Below, piece after piece: positions 19,079 through 28,942 of a DNA stretch of 55,889 nucleotides. Source of the stretch: Candidatus Parcubacteria bacterium (GTDB lineage Bacteria > Patescibacteriota > Minisyncoccia > Phycocordibacterales > JAACPR01); the NCBI GenBank assembly GCA_039805545.1, contig JBDLUA010000020.1, positions 1-55,889 of the forward strand, written 5' to 3'. Within the stretch, counting starts at the first letter, position 1; each line of letters starts with the position of its first letter. The position numbers and the translations under genes were made by a program. Under the pieces are notes generated by a model. That model searched no databases and had not been told where the DNA came from. It was given only the letters and a program-made list of their open reading frames with translations.

Positions 19079-21235
19079 CTAACTTCTTGCAGATCTTCGG
19101 TCAGGACCGAGTATTGATGGTGTACTATTATTTTTCTCGGGTTCTTTATTTTCTGGTTTCTTTTCTTCCTTTTGTTTTTTAGGTTTATACTTTCCTTTTT
19201 CTTTCCAATCTTTTTCAATATCTTTCTGTATAGCTTTAAGAGCTGCTTTTGAAGTTACACTATATCGCTGAGAATTAAATAATCTCTTTTGACGATTCTC
19301 CATAATTTGAACATAGCCTTTTTGATTCTTTATCATTAATTCTCCAACATCTTTTTCTGATTTTTCTAGATCATCTTGAGCTTTAATAACCTTATTTGCA
19401 ATTTCCTTAACTTGTTCTTCGGTTGCATTTCCAGCTTTAAGTTTAGCTTGAGCCTCTTTAAGTTCTGTCTCTGCTTTTTGAAGAACGGCTCCCTTATTAT
19501 CTCTTTCTGCTTTTGCAATCTCAAGATTAACTTTGGCTGCTGCTTTTTCTTCTGGTGTTTGAATAGGTTTATCGAATCCAAATAGTTTTTCTTCTTTCTT
19601 TTGTTTCTCAAGCAAAGCTTCTTTCTTTTTCTTAACGGCAGTAGAATATCCATCTATCCCAGCACCAAGACCGAGATTTTTTCCAAGTGAAGTATTTCTA
19701 AAATCAAAGGATGCATCCTTAAGCCCCTCTGCTCGTCTAAGAGCAAATCGTGCAAGACTACCCTTGGTTCCAGCATTTGGATCTTGTGCAAGTTTTTTAA
19801 AACTCTCTTTATTTGAAACTTTATCTCCAACAAGACCACCCAAAGTTCGTCCTGTTTTTGCAACACCAGTAGCAGCAGTTCTGCCTGCAATCTGCGGCAT
19901 TGTCCTCACCTTGTTCATTGTCCAATTACCTGCACTTGTCATAATTCCCGCACCTGCAGCACCAATTTTTCCAGGGACAATAAGTGGAAGGATAAGAAAA
20001 CCAATAATAAGAAGGAAGTTGAAGAAAAATAAAGCAAAACTGTTTGCCGCTTGTTCAAGGTTGCCGCCACTAATTGAGCCTATTACAAAACCCGTAGAAC
20101 TATTTGCAAGCCCAGTTGAAAGGATGCTTACAAATAATACTGATATGTATAAAGTTAGAAGAAAAGCAGGTAATACTATTGCCTGTGTCTTTAATGCTTT
20201 CCACCATGAATCACCCATCCCCTTAAACCATGGTAAAAATTTTGCAACCAGACCAAAGGGAGACGCGATCATTAAAACAACAAAGATTAAAAATCTATAT
20301 ATTAATAGAAAACTTGCACCAAATAAGACTGCAGAAACAGTTAATATTGTTATATTTGTAAAAATCGCAACTTGAATTTTATCCCACAACTGTCCCCAAC
20401 CATCTTTTGAAGGATCAGAGATAAAACTCATATTTGATGCAGGCCTTATCATTTTTACTAAACCAGCAGAGATTGAAGTGATTCCGCTTTGTGTAGAAGT
20501 TTGCCCATTAAACTTTATTTGTTCTCCAATCTGAGCGCCAATGAAGTTTGATACATCAAATACTGCTCTCGTAAACACAAGGCTGAAGTTGATTAATATG
20601 GCAACGATAATTACACTAATTAATGTTTTTTTATCTGCAAATCCTTGTCCATCAATAATTGTTTTTATACCTAAATATAAAAGTGAAAAAACAATAATAA
20701 TATTTGATAAATCACGCACAATTTTCCAGGCAATAGTAATTGATCCATCAAGAGAGGTTATAAGTGTTGAACTTAAAACTGTATAATTAATAATTATATC
20801 AAATATCGCTCCCGATAAATATAAAATGAGAGATGTTAGCTGCACAGAAAACCAGGCCCCCGAACTGATGATACAAGTAAGAGGATTAAGAGTACAACTT
20901 AGAGCACTTGGAGAACCTTTGGCCAATTCAGCAGCTGATTTACCGGTAAGAGCACCCGTAACTCCGTTTAAAAGACCTACACCGGGTATTAGACTTGTAG
21001 GACTGGTTACTACTGTTTTACCCGCATTCCAAATACTATCCCAAACGCTTCCTGGATTTGTTTGAGTTGCAGTATTATTTTTTGAAGTAGAAGTTTCAAC
21101 AGATAATGCAGTAGGCTCAATAATCTTAATAGGTTGATATTCCTCAGTATTTTGAGCGAAAATATTTTTAGCATTAAAAAGAAACACCACCAAAAACCCC
21201 AACACTATAAAAGTTTTTAAGAAACCTCTTTTCAT
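19079..21235 (-). CDS. VirB6/TrbL-like polytopic membrane protein
   Basis: Signal peptide, AWKIVRDLSN..., AILINFS and multiple TM helices, Lys/Glu coiled-coil tail; in the PrgI/VirB4 cluster. Confidence 0.7.
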   Translation of the reverse strand: MKRGFLKTFIVLGFLVVFLFNAKNIFAQNTEEYQPIKIIEPTALSVETSTSKNNTATQTNPGSVWDSIWNAGKTVVTSPTSLIPGVGLLNGVTGALTGKSAAELAKGSPSALSCTLNPLTCIISSGAWFSVQLTSLILYLSGAIFDIIINYTVLSSTLITSLDGSITIAWKIVRDLSNIIIVFSLLYLGIKTIIDGQGFADKKTLISVIIVAILINFSLVFTRAVFDVSNFIGAQIGEQIKFNGQTSTQSGITSISAGLVKMIRPASNMSFISDPSKDGWGQLWDKIQVAIFTNITILTVSAVLFGASFLLIYRFLIFVVLMIASPFGLVAKFLPWFKGMGDSWWKALKTQAIVLPAFLLTLYISVLFVSILSTGLANSSTGFVIGSISGGNLEQAANSFALFFFNFLLIIGFLILPLIVPGKIGAAGAGIMTSAGNWTMNKVRTMPQIAGRTAATGVAKTGRTLGGLVGDKVSNKESFKKLAQDPNAGTKGSLARFALRRAEGLKDASFDFRNTSLGKNLGLGAGIDGYSTAVKKKKEALLEKQKKEEKLFGFDKPIQTPEEKAAAKVNLEIAKAERDNKGAVLQKAETELKEAQAKLKAGNATEEQVKEIANKVIKAQDDLEKSEKDVGELMIKNQKGYVQIMENRQKRLFNSQRYSVTSKAALKAIQKDIEKDWKEKGKYKPKKQKEEKKPENKEPEKNNSTPSILGPDRRSARS

Positions 21236-21305
21236 TACTCAAATTATATCAAACAAAACGAAATAATAAGCAAATACAAATATAAAATGTGTGTATTACT
21301 TTTTA

Positions 21306-22439
21306 TTATTGAGCCGATTGAGTCATTTCTGTAATAGCAACCATTACAAGTTGGTTCACGAGTGCATTTACAACTTCATCAAATTCATCTGCAATTTCGA
21401 GTCTTCTTTGACCACTAAAGAGTCGATTGTTAACTTGTTCTTGTATCACCGAGCCCGGACTTGTAACTTTTCCTGTTTCTTTATCAACCTTTGACAAGAA
21501 TCCAACATTCCATTGAAGTTGAGTCTTTTGTAAATCAAGAGCAGCAGAAATTCTTTGATCAAGTTGAATTTGACCATAAATTGTTGCGCCGTAAGGGTTA
21601 TTGTATGGATTTTGAGTATATGACAACCAATCTGTCCAATTAAATGTTTCTCCTGACATGAATTGTTCAAGATTTCCTGAAATTGCACTAAATGAACAAA
21701 TAGGAGCATAATTAATACTACCATTATAGTTATTAGCGATATTTATTCTCACTAAGTCTTGGATTGGAGTACACAAAAGTCCATTTGTTACATCATTAAG
21801 AAATGTTCCAGCTTGAATATCTGCAACATCTGCAAAGAATTGCCCAGGATCATCAACGAACACAGGATTACCCTGAAATCCAGTATTAATCCAAGCAACT
21901 GTTGCATCACCAATAGTCTCAATTAGTCCATTTACAAGACACCACCCCATTTGATCCCAACTTACTCCTCCTGTAATCACTGATCCAGTATCCTTTCCTT
22001 CTTGAACCGCATTCCCAGTAGGAACTCGTGTAAAATCAACAAGTCCAGCAGTAAGACTTGAAATAGCATTTTTTACAACACCAGTAAGTCCAGATGCTGC
22101 CATACAAGTAGAAAAAGCACTTGAAGCAGTTGAACCAGAAAGTCCATATGTTCCCTGACCAGTATATCCATACGCTTGTGAAGTTCCAGGAACACTCGCC
22201 GGCTGATATTGTCCTGTAGCAGGATCAAAGATAAGAGCACGAGGTACTCCCGTTGTATCAACTGACGCATTCCCAGTATAAGAACCGTTAAAATCTTTAT
22301 TTAAACTTCCAGTTACTGCAGAAGTATTTTTATCAACGGTAGGGTCTGTTTTTTTAGTTTCTTCAGCAAATATAGTGAGAGGAAAAACAAAACTTATAAT
22401 GAGAGCGATCGTGCTTATTTGTTTAATTAAAAGTTTCAT
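21306..22439 (-). CDS. Secreted hypothetical protein of the secretion cluster
   Basis: Signal peptide; WINTGFQGNPVFV, NPYNNPYG and TSPGSVI segments. Confidence 0.75.
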   Translation of the reverse strand: MKLLIKQISTIALIISFVFPLTIFAEETKKTDPTVDKNTSAVTGSLNKDFNGSYTGNASVDTTGVPRALIFDPATGQYQPASVPGTSQAYGYTGQGTYGLSGSTASSAFSTCMAASGLTGVVKNAISSLTAGLVDFTRVPTGNAVQEGKDTGSVITGGVSWDQMGWCLVNGLIETIGDATVAWINTGFQGNPVFVDDPGQFFADVADIQAGTFLNDVTNGLLCTPIQDLVRINIANNYNGSINYAPICSFSAISGNLEQFMSGETFNWTDWLSYTQNPYNNPYGATIYGQIQLDQRISAALDLQKTQLQWNVGFLSKVDKETGKVTSPGSVIQEQVNNRLFSGQRRLEIADEFDEVVNALVNQLVMVAITEMTQSAQ

Positions 22440-22442
22440 ATA

Positions 22443-23417
22443 TTAATTTTCAAATCTTTTCCAAAAATTTTTGGTACTATCTGTATCAAAAATTATAGCA
22501 TTGTTTTTAAAATAATTTGCAAGTGTTGTGTATAGTTGTCCTTCACTTACACTTGTAGAACGATATTGTGTTGCCACAACGATTGAAGAAAGAGGGTCTT
22601 TTTCTGCTGAAGCAGTTTTTTCAAAGAATACTCCTGTTCGATACAATTGATTAAGAAGTGCAAGGTGGACATCCTTAAATACGTCTGGCACAGAGATTGT
22701 AGATATATCGACAGCATATTGTGTATACGCTTCTCCTATTTTTTGAAGATAAGCTAGATCTTCTAAATTTTTATATGAATCCATCTTAATAAATACATCG
22801 ACCGCAATTTGTGCGTATCTATCACCATATGCAGTAATACTTTCTTTTGTAGAAGGTACAACTCGCACATCATTCATTGTATATTTATCAGTCAACGAAG
22901 ATTCTTTAACTGCATTTTGACTAATATTTTCAAGCATTTTTTCTTGATCTTCCAATTTCAATGTACCCTGTTTTTTAAGAAGGAGATATTGTTTAAATAA
23001 ATCAACAGAAACTTTGTCAGTAAGAGTTCCGGGAGTAAAATTGCTCAAATCAGCCTCTGTTTGCAACACATCTTTTCGTGTAAGAAGTGGGTCATTAGGT
23101 CCTTTTATAGTAGGGTCTCTGTCTACAGCGACTTCATCACCGTCATTTGTTCCATCGCCATCAGTATCGGGGTTTTTTGAGTCAGTTTTATAAAATTCTT
23201 CAAGCCAATCTGAAAGACCATCTTTATCTTCATCTCCTGATTTAAAATCTTTTTGTGTTTTTCTTTCAAGAACGAGCTCAACATTTTTTAATTCAGAACC
23301 TTTTGAGGGATTAAAGTGAAATTTTACACCAAAAATTGTAAGAGAAACGATAAGTACCACAAGCACCAAAACAATTCCTACTTTATTACTTGGAGTTTTT
23401 TGTTGTAGATGTTGCAT
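22443..23417 (-). CDS. Membrane-anchored protein with thrombospondin type-3-like Ca-binding repeat
   Basis: N-terminal TM; DEDKDGLSDWLE..YKTD..NPDTDGDGTNDGDEV. Confidence 0.8.
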   Translation of the reverse strand: MQHLQQKTPSNKVGIVLVLVVLIVSLTIFGVKFHFNPSKGSELKNVELVLERKTQKDFKSGDEDKDGLSDWLEEFYKTDSKNPDTDGDGTNDGDEVAVDRDPTIKGPNDPLLTRKDVLQTEADLSNFTPGTLTDKVSVDLFKQYLLLKKQGTLKLEDQEKMLENISQNAVKESSLTDKYTMNDVRVVPSTKESITAYGDRYAQIAVDVFIKMDSYKNLEDLAYLQKIGEAYTQYAVDISTISVPDVFKDVHLALLNQLYRTGVFFEKTASAEKDPLSSIVVATQYRSTSVSEGQLYTTLANYFKNNAIIFDTDSTKNFWKRFEN

Positions 23418-23459
23418 AACATTAAAAGTATAGCATAAAAATTATGTTACAATATTTTT

Positions 23460-24386
23460 ATGAAAAAAATTCTGTATATAACATTACTTTTTTTAACACC
23501 AATTAGTTTTGTTCATGCATATGTCTTTACAACACCTTTTGGTCTTGGCTCATCAGGAGAAGATATATACCAATTACAAAAAATTCTCAATTCAAATTCT
23601 CAAACATTAATTTCAAATGAAGGAATTGGCTCAAAAGGCAACGAATCATACTATTTTGGAGAAAAAACAAAAGATGCAGTTATTCGATTTCAAAATCTAT
23701 ATAGAGAATCAATATTAACTCCCAATGGAATGACACAAGGTACCGGATTTGTTGGAAAATCTACACTTTCTTTCTTAAATAAAAATTTCAACACAGACCA
23801 GACAACAACCAATGTAGATAAAATTATAGACAACATAGTAACAAATCAAATACTCCCAATTACAAACAGTACCACAAATGCAACAAGTGTACCTGAGTTT
23901 TTGGTTTCAAAAACAAAGTTAAAAGCATATTCGGCAATTTATGTTGGAAGTCAGCACAAGTTAGATAAAGCAAAGTTTTATCTTGGAGACAGAGAATTAC
24001 GAAAAGAATGCCAGACGGAATATACTTGTAAGTTATATATTGATGAATATGTAAAACAAGGAACATATAAACTAAAAACAGATACGGAAAAATGGGGTTC
24101 ATACACAATTACAATTCTTGATCCTTCAGAAAAAAAACCTAATCTAGATATCAAAAGAGTAAATATAAATAAAGAAAACTTAATAAAGGGAAGTAATTTT
24201 AGTTCAAAAATGAAAGTGTACACAATGTTTGGTGTATTTGAAACCGAAACAAAAAATAATTCTTTTATTCTCGAATTTCCAAAAGACCGGACGATAAACG
24301 CAACAACAACATTTACTGGATTATTCTACGTAGAAAATTCAAACGGCTTAACAAGTGATGCTAAAAAAATACAATATGAAATTTAA
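23460..24386 (+). CDS. Peptidoglycan-binding domain secreted protein
   Basis: Signal peptide; GLGSSGEDIYQLQKILN...YFGEKTKDAVIRFQ...GTGFVGKST (PG_binding_1-like). Confidence 0.8.
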   Translation: MKKILYITLLFLTPISFVHAYVFTTPFGLGSSGEDIYQLQKILNSNSQTLISNEGIGSKGNESYYFGEKTKDAVIRFQNLYRESILTPNGMTQGTGFVGKSTLSFLNKNFNTDQTTTNVDKIIDNIVTNQILPITNSTTNATSVPEFLVSKTKLKAYSAIYVGSQHKLDKAKFYLGDRELRKECQTEYTCKLYIDEYVKQGTYKLKTDTEKWGSYTITILDPSEKKPNLDIKRVNINKENLIKGSNFSSKMKVYTMFGVFETETKNNSFILEFPKDRTINATTTFTGLFYVENSNGLTSDAKKIQYEI

Positions 24387-24744
24387 AATCTTTACATTAA
24401 TAATTGTACTCGCAAGTATCGTACCCTTAAAAACACAAGCGGTTGTCCCTACTGCTGTTCCTTTTGGTGGTCCTATACTTATGACATACGAATGTTCATG
24501 TAGTGGTGGATGGTTTATTCTTGCATATGACTACAATACTCTTTTACCTCTTCCGATGACATTTCAATTTGGGCAATCAATGCTTCGGGCTAATTACAAT
24601 ATCTTTACACCAAGTGTACAAACTCTCGGTTCATATACTCCAGGAGGTGTTTGTTTGATGGCATCTGCTGATTGTGGAGGATTTTCAACACAAGGAACAG
24701 TTTCTCCTATTGGGTTCCCAGGGATTGGAACGAGTTCGATATAG
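24376..24744 (+). CDS. Small secreted Cys-containing protein
   Basis: MKFKIFTLIIVLASIVPLKTQA signal peptide; PFGG.I...CSCSGG and GVC...C; overlaps the upstream stop. Confidence 0.75.
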   Translation: MKFKIFTLIIVLASIVPLKTQAVVPTAVPFGGPILMTYECSCSGGWFILAYDYNTLLPLPMTFQFGQSMLRANYNIFTPSVQTLGSYTPGGVCLMASADCGGFSTQGTVSPIGFPGIGTSSI

Positions 24745-24753
24745 AAAACAAAT

Positions 24754-24786
24754 AAAAAGGCCGGCCCCTTCGGGGCCGGCCTTTTT
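24754..24786. terminator. Bidirectional hairpin terminator (cUUCGg loop)
   Basis: AAAAAGGCCGGCCCC-TTC-GGGGCCGGCCTTTTT between convergent genes. Confidence 0.85.
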
Positions 24787-25544
24787 TATATCCCAACAAT
24801 CTCTTTCCACTCTTCCACTCCAATCTCTTCAGGTCTTTTATCTTTTACAACTTCCCAACCCTTAATTTCTTCTTTGTATTCTTTCAAAGTTGTGTTGAGT
24901 TTTTTTCTTTTTTGTCCAAATGCTTTTTTTATTAGTTCAAAAAATCTTAATTCTTCTTTTTTATTTTTAAATGGATTTTGTATATTTGAAATTTTTATAA
25001 TTGCAGAATCAACTTTTGGTTCAGGAGAAAAATACTCTTTTTTTACAATCATTACTTTTTTTGGAGTACCAAATACTTTTACACTCAAAGATAAAATACT
25101 TTCTTTTATATCCACAATTCGATCTGCAACTTCTTTTTGAACAAGGAGAATCATACATGTTGGTTTATATTCCGAAGTCAAAAATCTTCGAGTAATTTCG
25201 CCTGTTATATAGTATGGAATATTTGCAATGAGTTTGTATTCTCCTTTTACAAAATCTTTTATACCAACATCAAGAACATCTTTTTCGTATAAGAAAAACT
25301 TTTTACTCTTTATGTATTCTGCAAATTCTTCTTGCAATAATTCAATAAGTCGATGATCTTTTTCAAATGCAATTACTGTTGCGCCAGTTTCAAGTAATAC
25401 TTTTGTAAGAGCACCCTTACCAGGCCCAATCTCAACAACAGTATCTCCAACAGCAACTTCCCCTGCTTCAGTCATAGCAAATAACGCTTTTTGAGACTTC
25501 AAAAAGTTTTGCCCGAGTGATTTTTTGGCTGGTATATATTTCAT
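24786..25544 (-). CDS. rsmA: 16S rRNA m6,2A dimethyltransferase RsmA/KsgA
   Basis: KKSLGQNFL, VEIGPGKGALT, ANIPYYIT, VQKEVA, F.P.PKVDSA and FGQKRK motifs. Confidence 0.96.
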   Translation of the reverse strand: MKYIPAKKSLGQNFLKSQKALFAMTEAGEVAVGDTVVEIGPGKGALTKVLLETGATVIAFEKDHRLIELLQEEFAEYIKSKKFFLYEKDVLDVGIKDFVKGEYKLIANIPYYITGEITRRFLTSEYKPTCMILLVQKEVADRIVDIKESILSLSVKVFGTPKKVMIVKKEYFSPEPKVDSAIIKISNIQNPFKNKKEELRFFELIKKAFGQKRKKLNTTLKEYKEEIKGWEVVKDKRPEEIGVEEWKEIVGI

Positions 25545-25575
25545 TGAGTGTAGAGTAGCATATTTTTATAAATAA

Positions 25576-25639
25576 AGAACTAAAACACTTTTTGAAATGG
25601 TTGGGCTTGGGTCTGGGTTTCAAAAAGTGTTTTAGTTCT
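25576..25639. repeat. Perfect 22-bp inverted repeat with 20-nt G/T-rich spacer
   Basis: AGAACTAAAACACTTTTTGAAA-(TGGTTGGGCTTGGGTCTGGG)-TTTCAAAAAGTGTTTTAGTTCT between pcrA and rsmA. Confidence 0.85.
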
Positions 25640-25646
25640 ACTATTG

Positions 25647-27605
25647 TTAAAAATCAATAAATATACTCTTCGCCAAGCTACTTGTATCTGGCTCATCACT
25701 TCCTCCATATCGCGGTTCGTCACCATACAATTCTACGTATGCTTCTGGAATATCCAATAGAAATTCTGAAGGTGTATTTACCATGAGACTTCCATACATC
25801 TTCCTCATACCCGCATATGTAAGATATACCTTCTTGCACGCTCGAGTGAGCGCAACATAAAAGAGCCTTCGTTCCTCTTCTTCATCCTTGTTTGTATCAA
25901 ATCCTTCTGATGGAAACAATCCTTGTTCAAGTCCAACAATGAATACATAATCAAACTCAAGACCCTTTGAAGCATGGATGGTCATAAATCTCACAGCATC
26001 AACTTCTTCGGAAATTTCATCCTGATCAGAATACAAAGAAACATCTTCGATAAATTTAAAGAGTGATTCTTCAGAGACAATTTCATCATACTTTGTTGCA
26101 AGAGATACAAGTTCTTTTACGTTTTGAACTCTATCCATCCCCTCTTCTCTATCTTTCATATATTCAACTTCAAGACCTGAGTGTTCAAAAATAAATTTTA
26201 ATACTTCACTCACCGAAACTTTCCCAATTTGCATTCGAATTCGTGCAATCAAACTTTCAAAATTCATGTATGCATCACGAGCCTTTCCACTTAACTCGTG
26301 AGATTTTTTCTCTATGATTTTGATTTCACTTACCTTTCCAATTCCTCGCACAGGAAGATTTATAATTCGAGAAAGACTTGTAAAATCATCAGGATTTAAG
26401 GTGTATTTGAGATATGCAAGAACATCTTTAATTTCTTTTCTATCAAAGAATCGTGTTCCGATAATTTGATATGGAACTGATTTTCGAATTGCAGTTTCTT
26501 CAAATACTCGTGATTGATAGTTAGCTCGATAGAGTACTGTCATATCTTTATATGCAACACCTTCTTCGTGAAGTCTTCGCATTTCATCAAGTACAAATCG
26601 TGCTTCATCATTTTCATCATACCCATTAAACATGGTAAGTTTTTCTCCATCATCATTTTCTGTAAAAAGATTTTTATCTTTTCTTCTTTTATTTTTTCGA
26701 ATCACTTCATTTGCAGATGCAATAATAGTTTTTGTTGAACGATAGTTTTGTTCAAGAAGAACTTCTGTTGCACTTGGATAATCTTGTTCAAAATTAAGAA
26801 TGTTTTTAATAGTTGCGCCTCGCCATGAATAAATATTTTGATCTGCATCTCCAACAACACAGAGGTTTTTATGTTTTTCTACAAGCATCTTCGACAATTG
26901 ATACTGCACCTCATTTGTATCTTGATACTCATCAATATGCACATATTCAAACATGTTTTGATACTTTTCTCGTATTGTTTGATTCTTTTTCAAAAGAAGA
27001 ACTGCTTCATAGAGAAGATCATCGAAGTCCATTGCGTTCTCGGCTCGCATTTGCTTTGCGTAATCTCGCCACACCTCAGCAACCTTTTCTTTTACATAAT
27101 CCCCCATTGCATCCGCTTCGTATTGTGCAAGTTCAATCATGTCAGACTTTGCCCGACCAATAAGTGAAATAAAAGATTTAGGATCAAATTGCTTTGCATC
27201 AATTCCTTTATTCTTCATTATCTTTTTTATCAAAGAAATAGAATCGCTTCTATCATAAATAGAAAAAAACTTTTTTATTCCAATTGTTTGATATTCGTTC
27301 TTTATAATAAAAACTCCAAGTGAGTGAAATGTAGAAAGAAAAGGTGACGATAAAGCCCAATCATCATTTGGAAAATATTGTGAAAGTAGTTGATGAACCC
27401 GTTCTTTCATTTCCTTAGCCGCCTTATTAGTGAAGGTAATTGCAAGAATCTTTCGTGGTTCTACACCTTGTTGTATAAGATGAAGAATTCTATATGTAAG
27501 TGTCTTTGTCTTACCTGCCCCTGCTCCTGCAATGATTAAAAGTGGTCCTTTTGTGCATAATACTGCATCTTTTTGTTTCTGATTAAGTGAGTCTAGGTAC
27601 TGCAT
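25647..27605 (-). CDS. pcrA: ATP-dependent DNA helicase UvrD/PcrA
   Basis: AGAGAGKT, TFTNKAA, TFHS, IDEYQDTN, VGDADQNIYSWRGA, LEQNYRST, TIHASKGLEF and EERRLFYVALTRA motifs. Confidence 0.96.
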   Translation of the reverse strand: MQYLDSLNQKQKDAVLCTKGPLLIIAGAGAGKTKTLTYRILHLIQQGVEPRKILAITFTNKAAKEMKERVHQLLSQYFPNDDWALSSPFLSTFHSLGVFIIKNEYQTIGIKKFFSIYDRSDSISLIKKIMKNKGIDAKQFDPKSFISLIGRAKSDMIELAQYEADAMGDYVKEKVAEVWRDYAKQMRAENAMDFDDLLYEAVLLLKKNQTIREKYQNMFEYVHIDEYQDTNEVQYQLSKMLVEKHKNLCVVGDADQNIYSWRGATIKNILNFEQDYPSATEVLLEQNYRSTKTIIASANEVIRKNKRRKDKNLFTENDDGEKLTMFNGYDENDEARFVLDEMRRLHEEGVAYKDMTVLYRANYQSRVFEETAIRKSVPYQIIGTRFFDRKEIKDVLAYLKYTLNPDDFTSLSRIINLPVRGIGKVSEIKIIEKKSHELSGKARDAYMNFESLIARIRMQIGKVSVSEVLKFIFEHSGLEVEYMKDREEGMDRVQNVKELVSLATKYDEIVSEESLFKFIEDVSLYSDQDEISEEVDAVRFMTIHASKGLEFDYVFIVGLEQGLFPSEGFDTNKDEEEERRLFYVALTRACKKVYLTYAGMRKMYGSLMVNTPSEFLLDIPEAYVELYGDEPRYGGSDEPDTSSLAKSIFIDF

Positions 27606-27684
27606 GTCCAGACATTGTATCGCATGATGAAAAAGTGGCCAAAATTCTTATTTTTTACACCTCACATCTCACCTTCTGACAAGT

Positions 27685-27713
27685 TTGACCGGCCCATATT
27701 ACCCTGCTAGACT
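27685..27713 (+). promoter_or_regulatory. Sigma70-type promoter for the LysM-M23 gene
   Basis: TTGACC-17 nt-TAGACT. Confidence 0.65.
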
Positions 27714-27844
27714 TTATGGAAGGCAGAAATTCAGACCGATCAGACCATGGACGACCTTAAGATTTCAGCACTAAGAATTGGCTTATTATAGAAAATTCAA
27801 ACAATACTGAACCGATTCCCTTATCCAACACGGTACAGAAACAT

Positions 27845-28873
27845 ATAAAAAACAAAAGAAATATAGCAATTAGTGCTGTTTCTCTTTTTCTTATTGCTTT
27901 TCCTCTTCTTACGAATGCAAATATCCTTCAATCAAAACCTCTCAAGGTTCTTTTTGCATCCAAAGAAACCCTTACAGATATTGATTCACGAGAACATAAT
28001 TCACAAACAGCCCCACTTCTACAAGCAGCAACTAACATTGATCCCAACCCTGCTTCAGGAGGGGCTGATTTAAATATTATTGATGATAAAGCACTTGTTG
28101 CCGAATCTGGTGTTGGTGGAAGTTTTGTTGAAATTGAAAGTCGAAAAAATGATCAAATTAGTATTTATCAAGTAAAAGAAGGTGATACCATCTCTCAAAT
28201 CGCAAATATGTTTGAGGTTTCTGTTAACACGATTAAATGGGCAAACGGTCTTGACCGACCAATTGCACCTGGGGATCAACTTATTATTTTGCCAATTTCT
28301 GGAATCAAACACACAGTTAAATCTGGTGGAACAATTGCAGACATTGCCAAGAAATATAATGCTGATGCAAAAGAAATTGCTCTATTCAATGGTCTTTCTG
28401 TAGATTCTACACTTACACAAGGACAAGTAATTATCGTTCCTAACGTAGACCTTCAAGTAGAAGAAAAGAAACCAAGCAAATCTATTGCAAAAACTCCTTC
28501 AAAATCTTCTGGAGCTTCATCAGGCTCATCATGGCTCGCAAAACCAGTTCGAGCAGGATACAAATCACAAGGTATTCATGGACATAATGGTATCGACTTT
28601 GCTGCACCAGCAGGAACACCTATCTATGCTTCAGCAGGAGGAACAGTTATTATTTCAAAAGCAGATGATGGATGGAATGGAGGATATGGTAACTATGTTG
28701 TAATCAAACATGCAAATGGTGTTCAAACTCTCTATGCTCATATGACCGATGTTCTTGTGTCTGCAGGTGAATCTGTATCACAAGGAACACAAATTGGTAC
28801 TGTAGGAAATACAGGAAAATCTACAGGTAACCACCTTCACTTTGAAGTCCGAGGTGCGAAGAATCCGTTTTAA
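27845..28873 (+). CDS. LysM + M23 peptidase domain protein (start uncertain, probably non-canonical)
   Basis: Frame open from 27761. The extension upstream of ATG 28208 encodes a signal peptide (KNKRNIAISAVSLFLIAFPLLTNA) and the first half of LysM1 (IYQVKEGDTISQIANMF). Second LysM follows, then M23 motifs HNGIDF, YGNYV, YAHM and STGNHLHFEV. Confidence 0.85.
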   Translation: MKNKRNIAISAVSLFLIAFPLLTNANILQSKPLKVLFASKETLTDIDSREHNSQTAPLLQAATNIDPNPASGGADLNIIDDKALVAESGVGGSFVEIESRKNDQISIYQVKEGDTISQIANMFEVSVNTIKWANGLDRPIAPGDQLIILPISGIKHTVKSGGTIADIAKKYNADAKEIALFNGLSVDSTLTQGQVIIVPNVDLQVEEKKPSKSIAKTPSKSSGASSGSSWLAKPVRAGYKSQGIHGHNGIDFAAPAGTPIYASAGGTVIISKADDGWNGGYGNYVVIKHANGVQTLYAHMTDVLVSAGESVSQGTQIGTVGNTGKSTGNHLHFEVRGAKNPF

Positions 28874-28885
28874 GTTCCTCAACTA

Positions 28886-28932
28886 ATCTATACAAACAGC
28901 CGGCCCCTTCGGGGCCGGCTGTTTGTATAGAT
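28886..28932. terminator. Long bidirectional hairpin marking the left edge of the Liv/TrmB region
   Basis: ATCTATACAAACAGCCGGCCCC-TTC-GGGGCCGGCTGTTTGTATAGAT. Confidence 0.85.
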
Positions 28933-28942
28933 AATCAACTCA

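Noticed and set aside
27716-27760. In-frame ATG 27716 with TAA 27758 readthrough as the LysM-M23 start
   Set aside because: The ATG lies only 2 nt past the predicted -10 box, so it is probably not transcribed, and UAA readthrough has no support.
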